Shown in pieces: positions 24,573 to 32,681 of a stretch of DNA of 64,000 bases; position 1 is the stretch's first letter, and the number at the start of each line of letters is the position of its first letter. This DNA is from Thermoguttaceae bacterium (lineage in GTDB: Bacteria > Planctomycetota > Planctomycetia > Pirellulales > Thermoguttaceae), in the NCBI GenBank assembly GCA_045546875.1, contig JAZQDP010000051.1, positions 9,016 to 73,015 of the forward strand, in the 5' to 3' direction. The position numbers and the translations under genes were made by a program. The notes under the pieces were generated by a model. The model was given only the letters and a program-made list of their open reading frames with translations. It had not been told where the DNA came from and ran no database searches.

Positions 24573-24670
24573 ACCCGCGTTACCGCGTTTTTCTGAAAAA
24601 ATTTCAAAAATTTTGGTAAATTTTTCTGACGCCGTCGCTGTCGCTTTTTTCTCCATTCACACACGCACGC

Positions 24671-24919
24671 GCGCGCAGTATATCCATAGTTCAATAGCGC
24701 GCCGCGCAGCGGATTTAAAGGAAATATTAATAGTAGTAGTGTATATATAGAATCAATTTAACAATAGATAGTTAGTAGTTTAGGCGGTCGGTTTTTTTCA
24801 GATTTCTAGCATACGCAGAACCGTAGCAGAACCGTCTGTAGCATACGCATAGCAAAAGCAAAACCGTAGCAGAAAAGAGCAGAAATTTTCTCTAGCAAAA
24901 GCAGAACCGTAGCAGAATC
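24671..24919. repeat. non-coding origin-like region (GC box, AT-rich tract, TAGCA-containing repeats)
   Basis: GCGCGCAGTAT at 24671-24681 is identical to 8427-8437. AT-rich stretch at 24720-24780. The 17-mer GCAGAACCGTAGCAGAA occurs at 24815, 24858 (1 mismatch) and 24901, spaced 43 bp. AATTTTCTCTAGCA at 24884-24897 is identical to 8633-8646. Confidence 0.55.
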
Positions 24920-24941
24920 TTCCCCATCAACTTTGATTTCC

Positions 24942-24962
24942 GTTCACCATTTGGTTCACCAT
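24942..24962. repeat. direct repeat GTTCACCAT x2
   Basis: Copies at 24942-24950 and 24954-24962, near the prophage end. Confidence 0.5.
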
Positions 24963-25113
24963 ACCAAAAAACGATGCTGTTTTTACGTCTTTTTTGCGTT
25001 TTTATTTGCTATTGACTCAAATTCAGAATAACGCTACTATGTCGCCGTTTGGAGCTTAAAAATACGGGATTTTTTAAGCATGTAACAGAATTTTTTCATG
25101 AGGAATTTGTCCC

Positions 25114-25155
25114 CTCATAATCCCTTGGTTGGGGGTCCGAATCCCTCTGCTCCTA
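25114..25155 (+). pseudogene. 3' half of a tRNA-Met(CAU)-like gene (probable attachment-site remnant)
   Basis: CTCATAA anticodon loop, TCCCT, variable TGGTT, T arm GGGGG-TCCGAAT-CCCTC, acceptor 3' strand TGCTCCT, discriminator A. No matching 5' half (AGGAGCA, D arm) upstream. The T loop is atypical, with C at position 55. Confidence 0.4.
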
Positions 25156-25160
25156 TCAAA

Positions 25161-25192
25161 GCCCTTTTGCAGTATCCTGCAGGGGCTTTTTT
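25161..25192 (+). terminator. hairpin plus U-run after the tRNA remnant
   Basis: GCCCTTTTGCAG...CTGCAGGGGC followed by TTTTTT. Confidence 0.5.
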
Positions 25193-25579
25193 CATTCTGC
25201 AGAACCCCGTGTTTTCTGGGCTCAAACAGTTATTGTCGTATGTACCTGCAATTTTTTGCGAAAAACTGCTGGGGGCATTATTGGGGGGCGCCTATGTACC
25301 AAATTGTGTACTCGGTGTACCCAATTGCTCTCCTCTGCTCTCCTATCTGCTCTCCTGTTTTGGAGACTGTCTGAATCGTGCAAGGCTTCTAAAACTTATA
25401 GGGCGGCTTTTTGATTTACTGGCGCCCAGTTTGTTGGATGAGTCCTTTTAACGCCCTGTTGTATTTGGGAAAAGATTCTTGTATAATCTCATTAGAGAAT
25501 GATGTGAGGTTGTCCGCTTCACGTCGTTTACTGTTTTCCAAATAAGAATCAACATATAACCTCAACCAGAATTAACGCC

Positions 25580-26785
25580 ATGTCCGACGCAAACCAAATC
25601 GACCTGAATATTGAAGAGAAAAAGCCGGAGCCGCGCAAGTCGGCTCTTTCGTGGAAAATACGTTTGCCGCTTGGGCTGTTGTTTTGGGCGTTTTTCCTGG
25701 CAGGCGTTTTTTTCTATTTCGTCTGTTTGCTTCCCTACGCGAATTTTCTTGGTTTAAGCGCGCCGTTATTTTTCCCGGTCAATATGCTGCTTTTGACAGC
25801 TTTTTGTTTTGGGGTTGCGATTTACTTTAATCAATTAATTAAAGGTTGGAAAAAACAGGAACGCTTTCCCGGCTTTGGGTTCGGTTTCCCTGCTGCGATT
25901 CTCGTCTGGACGCTTGGGGGAACAGCCAGCGTTCTACAGAACTGGTACTTTGCTTTGCTGTATAATTCTCATCCGGAATTCGCTATAGTATTTACGACTC
26001 CGACAATTGCCATTTTAATAGCCGTTATTCTGGGATTCAAAGCGGGCAAGGACGGAGGACGAACGGCGGCGCTGGTTCAAAAGACGTCCGCATTTTTGAC
26101 GAGGCACAGGTTCGCTGTTCTCGCTTTAATAACTCTGCTGATAGCAGCGTCCGTTGTCGGGCAGCAAATCTATTACCGCACTGTAACCCGTTTTCCCGTT
26201 ATGGAGTTTTATAACGTTCAACCCGTTTACTGGAAATACTATGCGTTTTTTGATACAGGAGACTGCCCGTTTGACAATTTTCAAAATCTGGAATCCATTT
26301 GCGTTACAAGCGATGAAAATTTCAATTCCATATCCGCAAAGCCCAGCATTAAAGAGTTTCGATTTCAAGGCAATCACATGCTTACAGAAGCGGATATTAA
26401 GCGTCTGGCGCAGTTTCCAAATCTGGAACGTTTGGAATTGTATTACTGGAACAGTTTGAAGAACTCTGATTCGACAGGACTGGAATACATCTCGCAGATA
26501 AAAGGACTCAAAGAGTTAAGTTTGGGAGTAACTACTCAAAACATAGACGCCATCCCGTATCTAAAAGACGTTCCCAATCTTGAGACGCTCAAACTGTACG
26601 TTTTGGAATTGGGCTTGTTTGATTCCGATATTGATTACGCGTCTTTGCAGTCTGCGCCAAAATTAAAGACGTTGATTCTGGCGTTTCCGGACGGCGTTGA
26701 CGAAGCTGAAGTCCTGCGCGCCCAGGAAGCTTTGCCCAACTGTAAAATTGAGGTTGAAAAGCGCGCGTCGAGTGTTGGACGTTAG
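25580..26785 (+). CDS. polytopic membrane protein with C-terminal leucine-rich repeats
   Basis: Several hydrophobic helices in residues 30-200. The C-terminus has LRR-like LERLELYYWNSL...LKELSLGV...LETLKLYV...LKTLILAF. Confidence 0.55.
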   Translation: MSDANQIDLNIEEKKPEPRKSALSWKIRLPLGLLFWAFFLAGVFFYFVCLLPYANFLGLSAPLFFPVNMLLLTAFCFGVAIYFNQLIKGWKKQERFPGFGFGFPAAILVWTLGGTASVLQNWYFALLYNSHPEFAIVFTTPTIAILIAVILGFKAGKDGGRTAALVQKTSAFLTRHRFAVLALITLLIAASVVGQQIYYRTVTRFPVMEFYNVQPVYWKYYAFFDTGDCPFDNFQNLESICVTSDENFNSISAKPSIKEFRFQGNHMLTEADIKRLAQFPNLERLELYYWNSLKNSDSTGLEYISQIKGLKELSLGVTTQNIDAIPYLKDVPNLETLKLYVLELGLFDSDIDYASLQSAPKLKTLILAFPDGVDEAEVLRAQEALPNCKIEVEKRASSVGR

Positions 26786-26935
26786 CCGTTTCCTATTACA
26801 AAATATAGGATTATCAGAATTCATAACCCAATAACGCTTACATCTATCCACGCTCCTTCCAATTTATTGAATCTTGTGTATAATATATGTTAAGTTTTTA
26901 ACAAACAATTCCCTTTTAACCCAAGGAGACAAATC

Positions 26936-28081
26936 ATGGATTCCAAAGCGTTATTTAAAATCGGTTACGGCCTGTACGTTGTTACCGCTCAGGAAAACGG
27001 CAAAGACAACGGCTGTATTTCCAACACGTTTATTCAGGTAACCGGCGATCCCTGCCGCGTCAGCGTTACGCTCAACAAGAGCAACTGCACCACCGGCATG
27101 ATCGAACGTACCGGCGCGTTCAACGTTTCGATTATTTCGCAAAGCGCGTCCTTTGACCTGTTCAAGCGCTTTGGATTCCAGAGCGGCAAAACGGTTGACA
27201 AGTTTGCCGATTTCCAAGCCCCGCGCAAGGCAAACGGCATTCTGGCTGTTGAAGACGCCGTTAACGCGGTTTTCTGCTGCAAGGTTTTCCAAACCGTCGA
27301 TTTGGGAACGCATTTGATGTTCTTTGCCGACGTCGAAGACGCTGAAGTCCTTTCGCCCGTTCCGACGGCTACGTACGACTACTATCAGAAAAACATCAAG
27401 CCCGTGCCGAAAAAGGCGACTAAAACGCGCTGGGTCTGCCCGGTTTGCGGTTACGTCTACGAAGGCGAAGAGCTTCCCGAAGGGTTTATCTGCCCGTTGT
27501 GCAAGCATGCTGGCAGCGAGTTCGTCAAGGAGACGGCAGACGCCGCCCCGAGCCTCAAAGGCAGCAAGACGGAAGCCAACCTCGAATACGCCTTTGCCGG
27601 CGAATCCATGGCGCGAAACAAGTACACGTATTTCGCCAGCAAGGCGAAGAAGGACGGCTACGAACAAATTGCCGCTCTGTTTGAACAGACCGCTAACAAC
27701 GAAAAAGAACACGCCAAGCTCTGGTTCAAAGCTCTGGACGGCATCAACGGCACGCTGGAAAACCTCAAAGCGGCAGCCGCTGGCGAGCATGAAGAGTGGA
27801 CCGACATGTACAAACGATTTGCCGAAGTCGCCCGGGAAGAGGGCTTTGACGAACTGGCAGACAAGTTTGCCGCCGTCGCGCTGATTGAAAAACGTCACGA
27901 AGAACGGTACCTCAAACTGGCTCAAAACATCGAACAGGGCGAAGTTTGGGTTCGCACCGGCGAACGACGCTGGGAATGCCGCAACTGCGGGCACGTTTAC
28001 ATCGGCGACAAAGCCCCGGACGTCTGCCCGGTTTGCAATCATCCGCAGGCGTTCTTCGAAATCGAAGCGGAAAACTATTGA
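26936..28081 (+). CDS. flavin reductase-like / rubredoxin / rubrerythrin fusion protein
   Basis: AAGGAG RBS. N-terminal flavin-reductase-like domain. [26 protein letters not shown] rubredoxin. Ferritin-like diiron region ([12 protein letters not shown]...NEKEHAKLW...AAAGEHEE...IEKRHEERY). C-terminal CRNCGHVY...CPVCNHP. Confidence 0.8.
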   Translation: MDSKALFKIGYGLYVVTAQENGKDNGCISNTFIQVTGDPCRVSVTLNKSNCTTGMIERTGAFNVSIISQSASFDLFKRFGFQSGKTVDKFADFQAPRKANGILAVEDAVNAVFCCKVFQTVDLGTHLMFFADVEDAEVLSPVPTATYDYYQKNIKPVPKKATKTRWVCPVCGYVYEGEELPEGFICPLCKHAGSEFVKETADAAPSLKGSKTEANLEYAFAGESMARNKYTYFASKAKKDGYEQIAALFEQTANNEKEHAKLWFKALDGINGTLENLKAAAAGEHEEWTDMYKRFAEVAREEGFDELADKFAAVALIEKRHEERYLKLAQNIEQGEVWVRTGERRWECRNCGHVYIGDKAPDVCPVCNHPQAFFEIEAENY

Positions 28082-28133
28082 TCTGTCGGCAAGAGACTGT
28101 AGGCAGTAGAGCGCTTTGCGTTCCTGGCGCCTC

Positions 28134-28328
28134 CCTCTTGCCTTAATTCGCGGACATACCGAAACTACTTGAGTTTTTCCGAAATTAAGGCAAGAGGCAA
28201 ATGACGCACCGGTAAATCTCACGCGGAGATGCGGAGTCGCGGAGGAGAAAGAATTATTTTTTGAAGCGCCTCGCCACTAACTCCTCACTGCCTACTTTTC
28301 GGGAATTTTCAAGTAGAAAAAGTATAAT
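28134..28328 (+). repeat. intergenic repeat element, copy A (17-bp hairpin, box 1, box 2-TATAAT)
   Basis: Arms CCTCTTGCCTTAATTCG (28134-28150) and CGAAATTAAGGCAAGAGG (28180-28197). Box 1 at 28161-28186. Box 2 CTACTTTTCGGGAATTTTCAAGTAG at 28292-28316. TATAAT at 28323-28328, 22 nt before the ATG at 28350. Confidence 0.6.
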
Positions 28329-28349
28329 ATCCGCTCCCCCAGAAACGTT

Positions 28350-29321
28350 ATGGACCTAGAATACCTTTTATTTCTTCAGAAAATCCGATTAGCCGCCCCT
28401 GATTTTGTATTGCAATTCTTTGAATACATTACAAATATGGGGGCGTTTTGCCTTTTTCCGGTTGTTTGTTTGGTGTACTGGTGTATTAAGAAGGAAGACG
28501 GCATACTGGCTTCCTGGTCATTGGGAATAAGCATGCTTGCCCACAGTTTGCTTAAACAGATAATGTGCATTTATCGACCGTGGATTCGCGATGCACGCAT
28601 TGTTCCTCCGGCTGTCGCCAAGGCAGGCGCGACAGGATACTCGTTTCCCAGCGGTCATTCCAGTAACGCGGCGGCGTATTTAGGTTCCATAGCTTGGCAA
28701 AACCGGAGCCGAAGAGTTCTTTTCTGGACTCTAATTACGCTCATTGTTTTGATCTGTTTTTCTCGGAACTTTTTAGGAGTTCATACGCCGCAAGACGTTG
28801 TCGTTGGTTGCGCCTGTGGAGCGATAAGCATTTTCGGCGCCTGGCTTATTTTGAAATGGGAACAAAAGGGAAAGAACAGAGATATTATTCTTTTTTGCGC
28901 CAGTATCATAACGGTTACATTATTTTTGTTATATATTACTTATAAAAGCTATCCTCTTGATTACGATTCAGAAGGGAAACTGTTGGTAGATCCTCAAAAA
29001 ATGGCGCTAGACGGTTGGACCCATGGTGGACTATTTATTGGGCTTGTTTTGGGCTGGCTTTTGGAAAAAAGAACGTTAAATTTTCAACTTCCAGCCAATT
29101 GGGTAATAGGCTTATGCCGATACGGCGTCGGTTTTGGAGCGCTTTTAGTTCTCAAACATAGCAATGAATTTTTCGGTATGTATTTACCCGCTCCCTGGAC
29201 GCGCTTTGCGACAGGATTTGTAGCTCTATTTTTTATCATCTACCTTTATCCGGTAATATTTACATTGGTAGAAAACTGCTTTACAAAAAAAGAAGTGGTT
29301 GATAACCAAGATCAAATTTAA
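28350..29321 (+). CDS. PAP2-family membrane phosphatase
   Basis: PAP2 motifs IYRPW, FPSGHSSNAAAY and SRNFLGVHTPQDVVVG. Multiple TM helices. Confidence 0.85.
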   Translation: MDLEYLLFLQKIRLAAPDFVLQFFEYITNMGAFCLFPVVCLVYWCIKKEDGILASWSLGISMLAHSLLKQIMCIYRPWIRDARIVPPAVAKAGATGYSFPSGHSSNAAAYLGSIAWQNRSRRVLFWTLITLIVLICFSRNFLGVHTPQDVVVGCACGAISIFGAWLILKWEQKGKNRDIILFCASIITVTLFLLYITYKSYPLDYDSEGKLLVDPQKMALDGWTHGGLFIGLVLGWLLEKRTLNFQLPANWVIGLCRYGVGFGALLVLKHSNEFFGMYLPAPWTRFATGFVALFFIIYLYPVIFTLVENCFTKKEVVDNQDQI

Positions 29322-29341
29322 CTATTTTTTATTTTGTTGTC

Positions 29342-29851
29342 ATGTCATCAGTATCAATCATAATGGGGTCTAGCAGCGACTGGCCCAAAATCAAGAATTG
29401 CGCCTTGATTCTCAAAGAATTTGGCGTAGAGTTTGACGTTCGCGTGTTTAGCGCGCACCGCACTCCGAAAGCGTTGGAAGCGTTTGTGAAATCGGCTCCG
29501 GAACGCGGCGTGAAAGTGATTTTGGCAGCGGCAGGCGGCGCCGCTCATTTGGCAGGCGTAATCGCTTCAATGACGGTAATGCCGGTTATTGGGATTCCGG
29601 TCGAGACGAACCTCTGCGGCGGGCTGGATTCCATGCTGTCGATGATTCAGATGCCGGGCGACATTCCCGTTGCGACGGTTGGCGTTGGCTCGGGCGGCGC
29701 GAAAAACGCCGGCATTCTGGCGGTGGAAATTTTAGCTCTGTCTGATGCTGAACTGCTTGAAAAACTCAAACAGTACCGAATCAAAATTGCTGAAAAAGTC
29801 AACGCTATGGACGCCCAACTCCAAGAGACTATTAAAGAAGATTTAGGTTAA
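29342..29851 (+). CDS. purE: N5-carboxyaminoimidazole ribonucleotide mutase
   Basis: IIMGSSSDWP...FSAHRTP...VILAAAGGAAHLAGVIAS...PVIGIPV, the canonical PurE pattern. 169 aa. Confidence 0.93.
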   Translation: MSSVSIIMGSSSDWPKIKNCALILKEFGVEFDVRVFSAHRTPKALEAFVKSAPERGVKVILAAAGGAAHLAGVIASMTVMPVIGIPVETNLCGGLDSMLSMIQMPGDIPVATVGVGSGGAKNAGILAVEILALSDAELLEKLKQYRIKIAEKVNAMDAQLQETIKEDLG

Positions 29852-29861
29852 ACGAGTCATA

Positions 29862-30357
29862 GCGCCGGCAAGCTGGGGTGCGTGAGTCCCCGGATAAAAT
29901 GCCGGTAGTGTGCATTCCAAATTGACGAAGCCAAAAAACTCCCCCGGATGTAGCCCGGCTCGGGCTACTTTTTGTGTAATACATACCCTCTGTTCAGCCC
30001 GGTTCGCGGTCGTCCCGCCCTAACAAACAACCTCAGACCCGATAAAAGCGCTCTTTCGCAGCCAGTAACCATTCTGGATCGCGGACGGAAGTCCGCAACT
30101 CAGTAAGTTTTTCAGTTTCGGAGCTGTGTGCGGGGCAGAGACGTTTCTGCGGACAGTGTCCGCGTCCCGAAATCGTTTTCGACTACGAATCAAGAGCGCT
30201 TTTACTACTGACAAGTAGCCCGAGCCGGGCTACATCCAAGGATGGGGTTCGGTTGCGTCAGTCTGGTATGTACACTGCGCGGCGTTTTTCTTGCCTTAAA
30301 ACTTCATGTGAGGCATAATTCTACAAATTTCCGGGGGCTTACGCACCCCGGCTCGCC
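29862..30357. repeat. about 500-bp nested inverted-repeat (foldback) element
   Basis: Four nested imperfect inverted-repeat pairs: 29862-29894/30330-30357, 29901-29932/30251-30283, 29941-29968/30215-30247 and 30041-30055/30192-30205. Inner hairpins GCGGAC..GTCCGC at 30081 and 30149. Confidence 0.6.
29950..29973 (+). terminator. intrinsic terminator after purE
   Basis: GTAGCCCG-gct-CGGGCTAC followed by TTTTT. Confidence 0.55.
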
Positions 30358-30420
30358 TAAGCGTAAATTCGTTCGCTCTGCGAACGGCATTACCGCCTTC
30401 CAATTCCTACTGCCTCTTGC

Positions 30421-32154
30421 CTACTGCTTTTTTTTAGGTTTTTTCGTCTTTTTAGAGTAGTTTGGCTTCTTTTCGGGGAACTGGTAATCAAATTCCGGCT
30501 CGACGGCGTTAGGGTCGTGGGGCTTGTATTGGAAATTCTCTTCTTTTTGGAACGGTTTGGTTGGTTTAGAAAACAGGGTTCTAATGAAAAAGTAAACGAT
30601 AACCAAAGCCAGGAGAAGTAAAATTCCGTTTGAGACGGCGTTGCTGGGTTCATATTTTGGCAATTCGTATTTGATCGCTTTTGGAGCCATCAGCAGCGGC
30701 GCCAGCTGAAACGCATGTCCTTTTACCTCGTCCGCTCGACGATACATCCACGTGTTAAACATAAAGCACGGAACGCTTAAATCTTCGCCGTACCCTGCCC
30801 CGTCGCCCGGTTCTACTCCCGGAGGCAATTCCAGCGCGATGATTACCAGGGGGTTGTCGGCGGAATCTTGAGTGAACAAATATATATTATAATACATGTC
30901 AATTCCAAATCGTGCGCGAACGTCCGGCGATTCAACCGGGATAGCGACGATTCGTTTCGCTCTTCCGGTAAGCCAGAAAAGTTTTCCTCGTTGTTTAATC
31001 GGGTCGTTAAAGAGGTCTTCTATCGGATAGGATTGTCTTTCCACCGTTAAGACGTTGCGCGGATCGCGCATTTTCCACAGTTCGTCGCGTTCTTTAACGG
31101 CAACAGCGCACAGTTCAGAAAACGTTTTGGGGTCTAAAGCGCGTTTTGCCGCGGACAGTTCCTGATAGAAACATTCGCGATTGCGTTCGTTGAGCGTACA
31201 GTCCGCAGGGAACGGAATTTTTCGATCCGGCGGGATCGTTTGAGAGTCCAGGTCGTCAAACAGACCGTAGTCCATTCCCAAATTCCCTAACGGCGTGTTC
31301 GGATGCCAGGCAATTCGCGTTGCGAAAAAGTAGGAATGACGAGGTTTATCGACAGCCTTGTCAATGGTTCCGTATTTGAGAAAGTACGCGTCGGCAGAAA
31401 CCGGGTAGGAAACCGAGACGCCAGTTTTCCACTTTTTAGGGATGACGCTTGTGATAATCAAAACTTTGTGATTTGTATTTAATTTTACCGCGACAAAATA
31501 CAGAGAGTCCATTTCAAACCGGGTTTGAATTTCCGGGCTAATAGAAACCGGCTGGATGATTTCGGCAACGCCTTGAAGATGGTACAGTTCTCCGCGTTTA
31601 TCGTTGCGATTAAACGCGCGCAGTTCAAAAGCGATGTCCTTTTTTTCTTCGTCAACGTTTTTCCCGTCCAGCATGTCAGCCGCCGCTTGAGAATTTTGAG
31701 TCCACGGCAAAATGAAGTCTAGCGGGAACCGCTTTGCGGTGTAAATCAATTGCGCTGTAAAATTATTGAAAGCCGGATTCCACGCCTCGCCGTCAGCAAG
31801 CTGTTCCCACTGCGATTCGGAAATCCCCATCAAATTCCACAGTTGCCCGATGGACTCTACCTGTTTTTGAGCTTCCTCGCTGGAATCGACGTCGTCAGCC
31901 GAGTTGGCAGGCTGCTCTTGCGGCGTAGCGTCAATTTCCGGAAGAACCTCTTTCGCCTCTTCGGGGCTTTCGCTCAGATCTGCCACTTCCGGCGCCGGAG
32001 TTTGTTCTGTAGCCGGAGTTTGTTCTGTAGCCGGTGTTTGTTCTGTAGCCGGTGTTGGCGTTGCCTCTTGGCAGAACGAATTTATATTGAAACTCAACGC
32101 CAGAAAAGTGAACGCTAAAAGGAACCAGGATTGAAATGGGCGGTTGTTATTCAT
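30421..32154 (-). CDS. hypothetical secreted/membrane-anchored protein
   Basis: N-terminal signal-like segment, (TPATEQ)x3 repeat, C-terminal TM helix GILLLLALVIVYFFI and a Lys-rich tail. No recognised domain. Confidence 0.6.
   Translation of the reverse strand: MNNNRPFQSWFLLAFTFLALSFNINSFCQEATPTPATEQTPATEQTPATEQTPAPEVADLSESPEEAKEVLPEIDATPQEQPANSADDVDSSEEAQKQVESIGQLWNLMGISESQWEQLADGEAWNPAFNNFTAQLIYTAKRFPLDFILPWTQNSQAAADMLDGKNVDEEKKDIAFELRAFNRNDKRGELYHLQGVAEIIQPVSISPEIQTRFEMDSLYFVAVKLNTNHKVLIITSVIPKKWKTGVSVSYPVSADAYFLKYGTIDKAVDKPRHSYFFATRIAWHPNTPLGNLGMDYGLFDDLDSQTIPPDRKIPFPADCTLNERNRECFYQELSAAKRALDPKTFSELCAVAVKERDELWKMRDPRNVLTVERQSYPIEDLFNDPIKQRGKLFWLTGRAKRIVAIPVESPDVRARFGIDMYYNIYLFTQDSADNPLVIIALELPPGVEPGDGAGYGEDLSVPCFMFNTWMYRRADEVKGHAFQLAPLLMAPKAIKYELPKYEPSNAVSNGILLLLALVIVYFFIRTLFSKPTKPFQKEENFQYKPHDPNAVEPEFDYQFPEKKPNYSKKTKKPKKKQ
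31995..32048. repeat. 18-bp tandem repeat x3 (codes for TPATEQ)
   Basis: CCGGAGTTTGTTCTGTAG x2, then CCGGTGTTTGTTCTGTAG. Confidence 0.9.
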
Positions 32155-32199
32155 GATAGTGTCGCAGCAATAAGGAAGCTAACGATAAAGTATAAATTT

Positions 32200-32371
32200 G
32201 TTATACCTTTTCTACTTGAAATTTCCCGAAAAAGAAGCTATTAGCTACTAGCTCCCAGCCGCTAGCTTGGTTATTATTGCTTCTTGCTATAACGCATGAA
32301 TCAGGTTTGTCAACCTAATAGCTGGCAGCTGGCAGCTAAAGGCTTAATTTCGGAAAAACTCAAGTCGTTTC
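32200..32371 (-). repeat. intergenic repeat element, copy B (inverted partner of copy C)
   Basis: The reverse complement reads GAAACGACTTGAGTTTTTCCGAAATTAAGCC...TTTTTCGGGAAATTTCAAGTAGAAAAGGTATAAC. The TATAAC faces the 32154 start codon. By-eye identity to 33318-33481 is roughly 85%. Confidence 0.65.
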
Positions 32372-32681
32372 AGTAAAAATATCTTTTATAAAGTTTATGA
32401 TCGCATATCTTTTTGAAGATATTGGAAAAATCGTCTCTAAAATATGCGGAATCGTTTTCGTAACTCAAAATAATTAAATAAGTTACGTAAAAAAACTCAA
32501 AATCTGCCCTGCCTCTCTTTTCGAGAAATCAATTTCCGGTATAATATATACAGAATTGAAATGGACGTTCTATAATTAAAGACGTTTATTTTAATCCTTT
32601 ATTAGTATAGCAGATTTTTTGAGAAAAGACGAGATTTTCGTTATTCCAGGATTTATAGAACTAAAACAGTAGACATTTGTT

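Noticed and set aside
1-25160. Search for an integrase, transposase or CI/Cro pair in the visible prophage
   Set aside because: No ORF shows tyrosine-recombinase (R..HxxR..Y), serine-recombinase or DDE signatures, or a divergent HTH pair. This absence is reported as an observation, not as a feature.
25323-25355. Triple direct repeat CTGCTCTCCT, resembling the tRNA acceptor end CTGCTCCT, as a possible secondary att scar
   Set aside because: The similarity covers only about 8 nt, with no adjacent T-arm-like sequence. That is too short to separate from chance.
25098-25451. 117-aa and 81-aa plus-strand ORFs
   Set aside because: They start inside the tRNA remnant and read through its terminator. 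Low-complexity Leu/Pro/Gly composition and no RBS.
26951-28222. 423-aa minus-strand ORF
   Set aside because: It lies antisense to the rubrerythrin-fusion gene, whose plus-strand frame has unambiguous domain motifs and a strong RBS. The antisense product is Arg/Ala/Gly/Phe-rich with no motif, which is typical of a shadow ORF.
30020-30214. 64-aa minus-strand ORF inside the foldback element
   Set aside because: It sits in nested inverted repeats, has no RBS and is Arg/Ser-rich. More likely non-coding.
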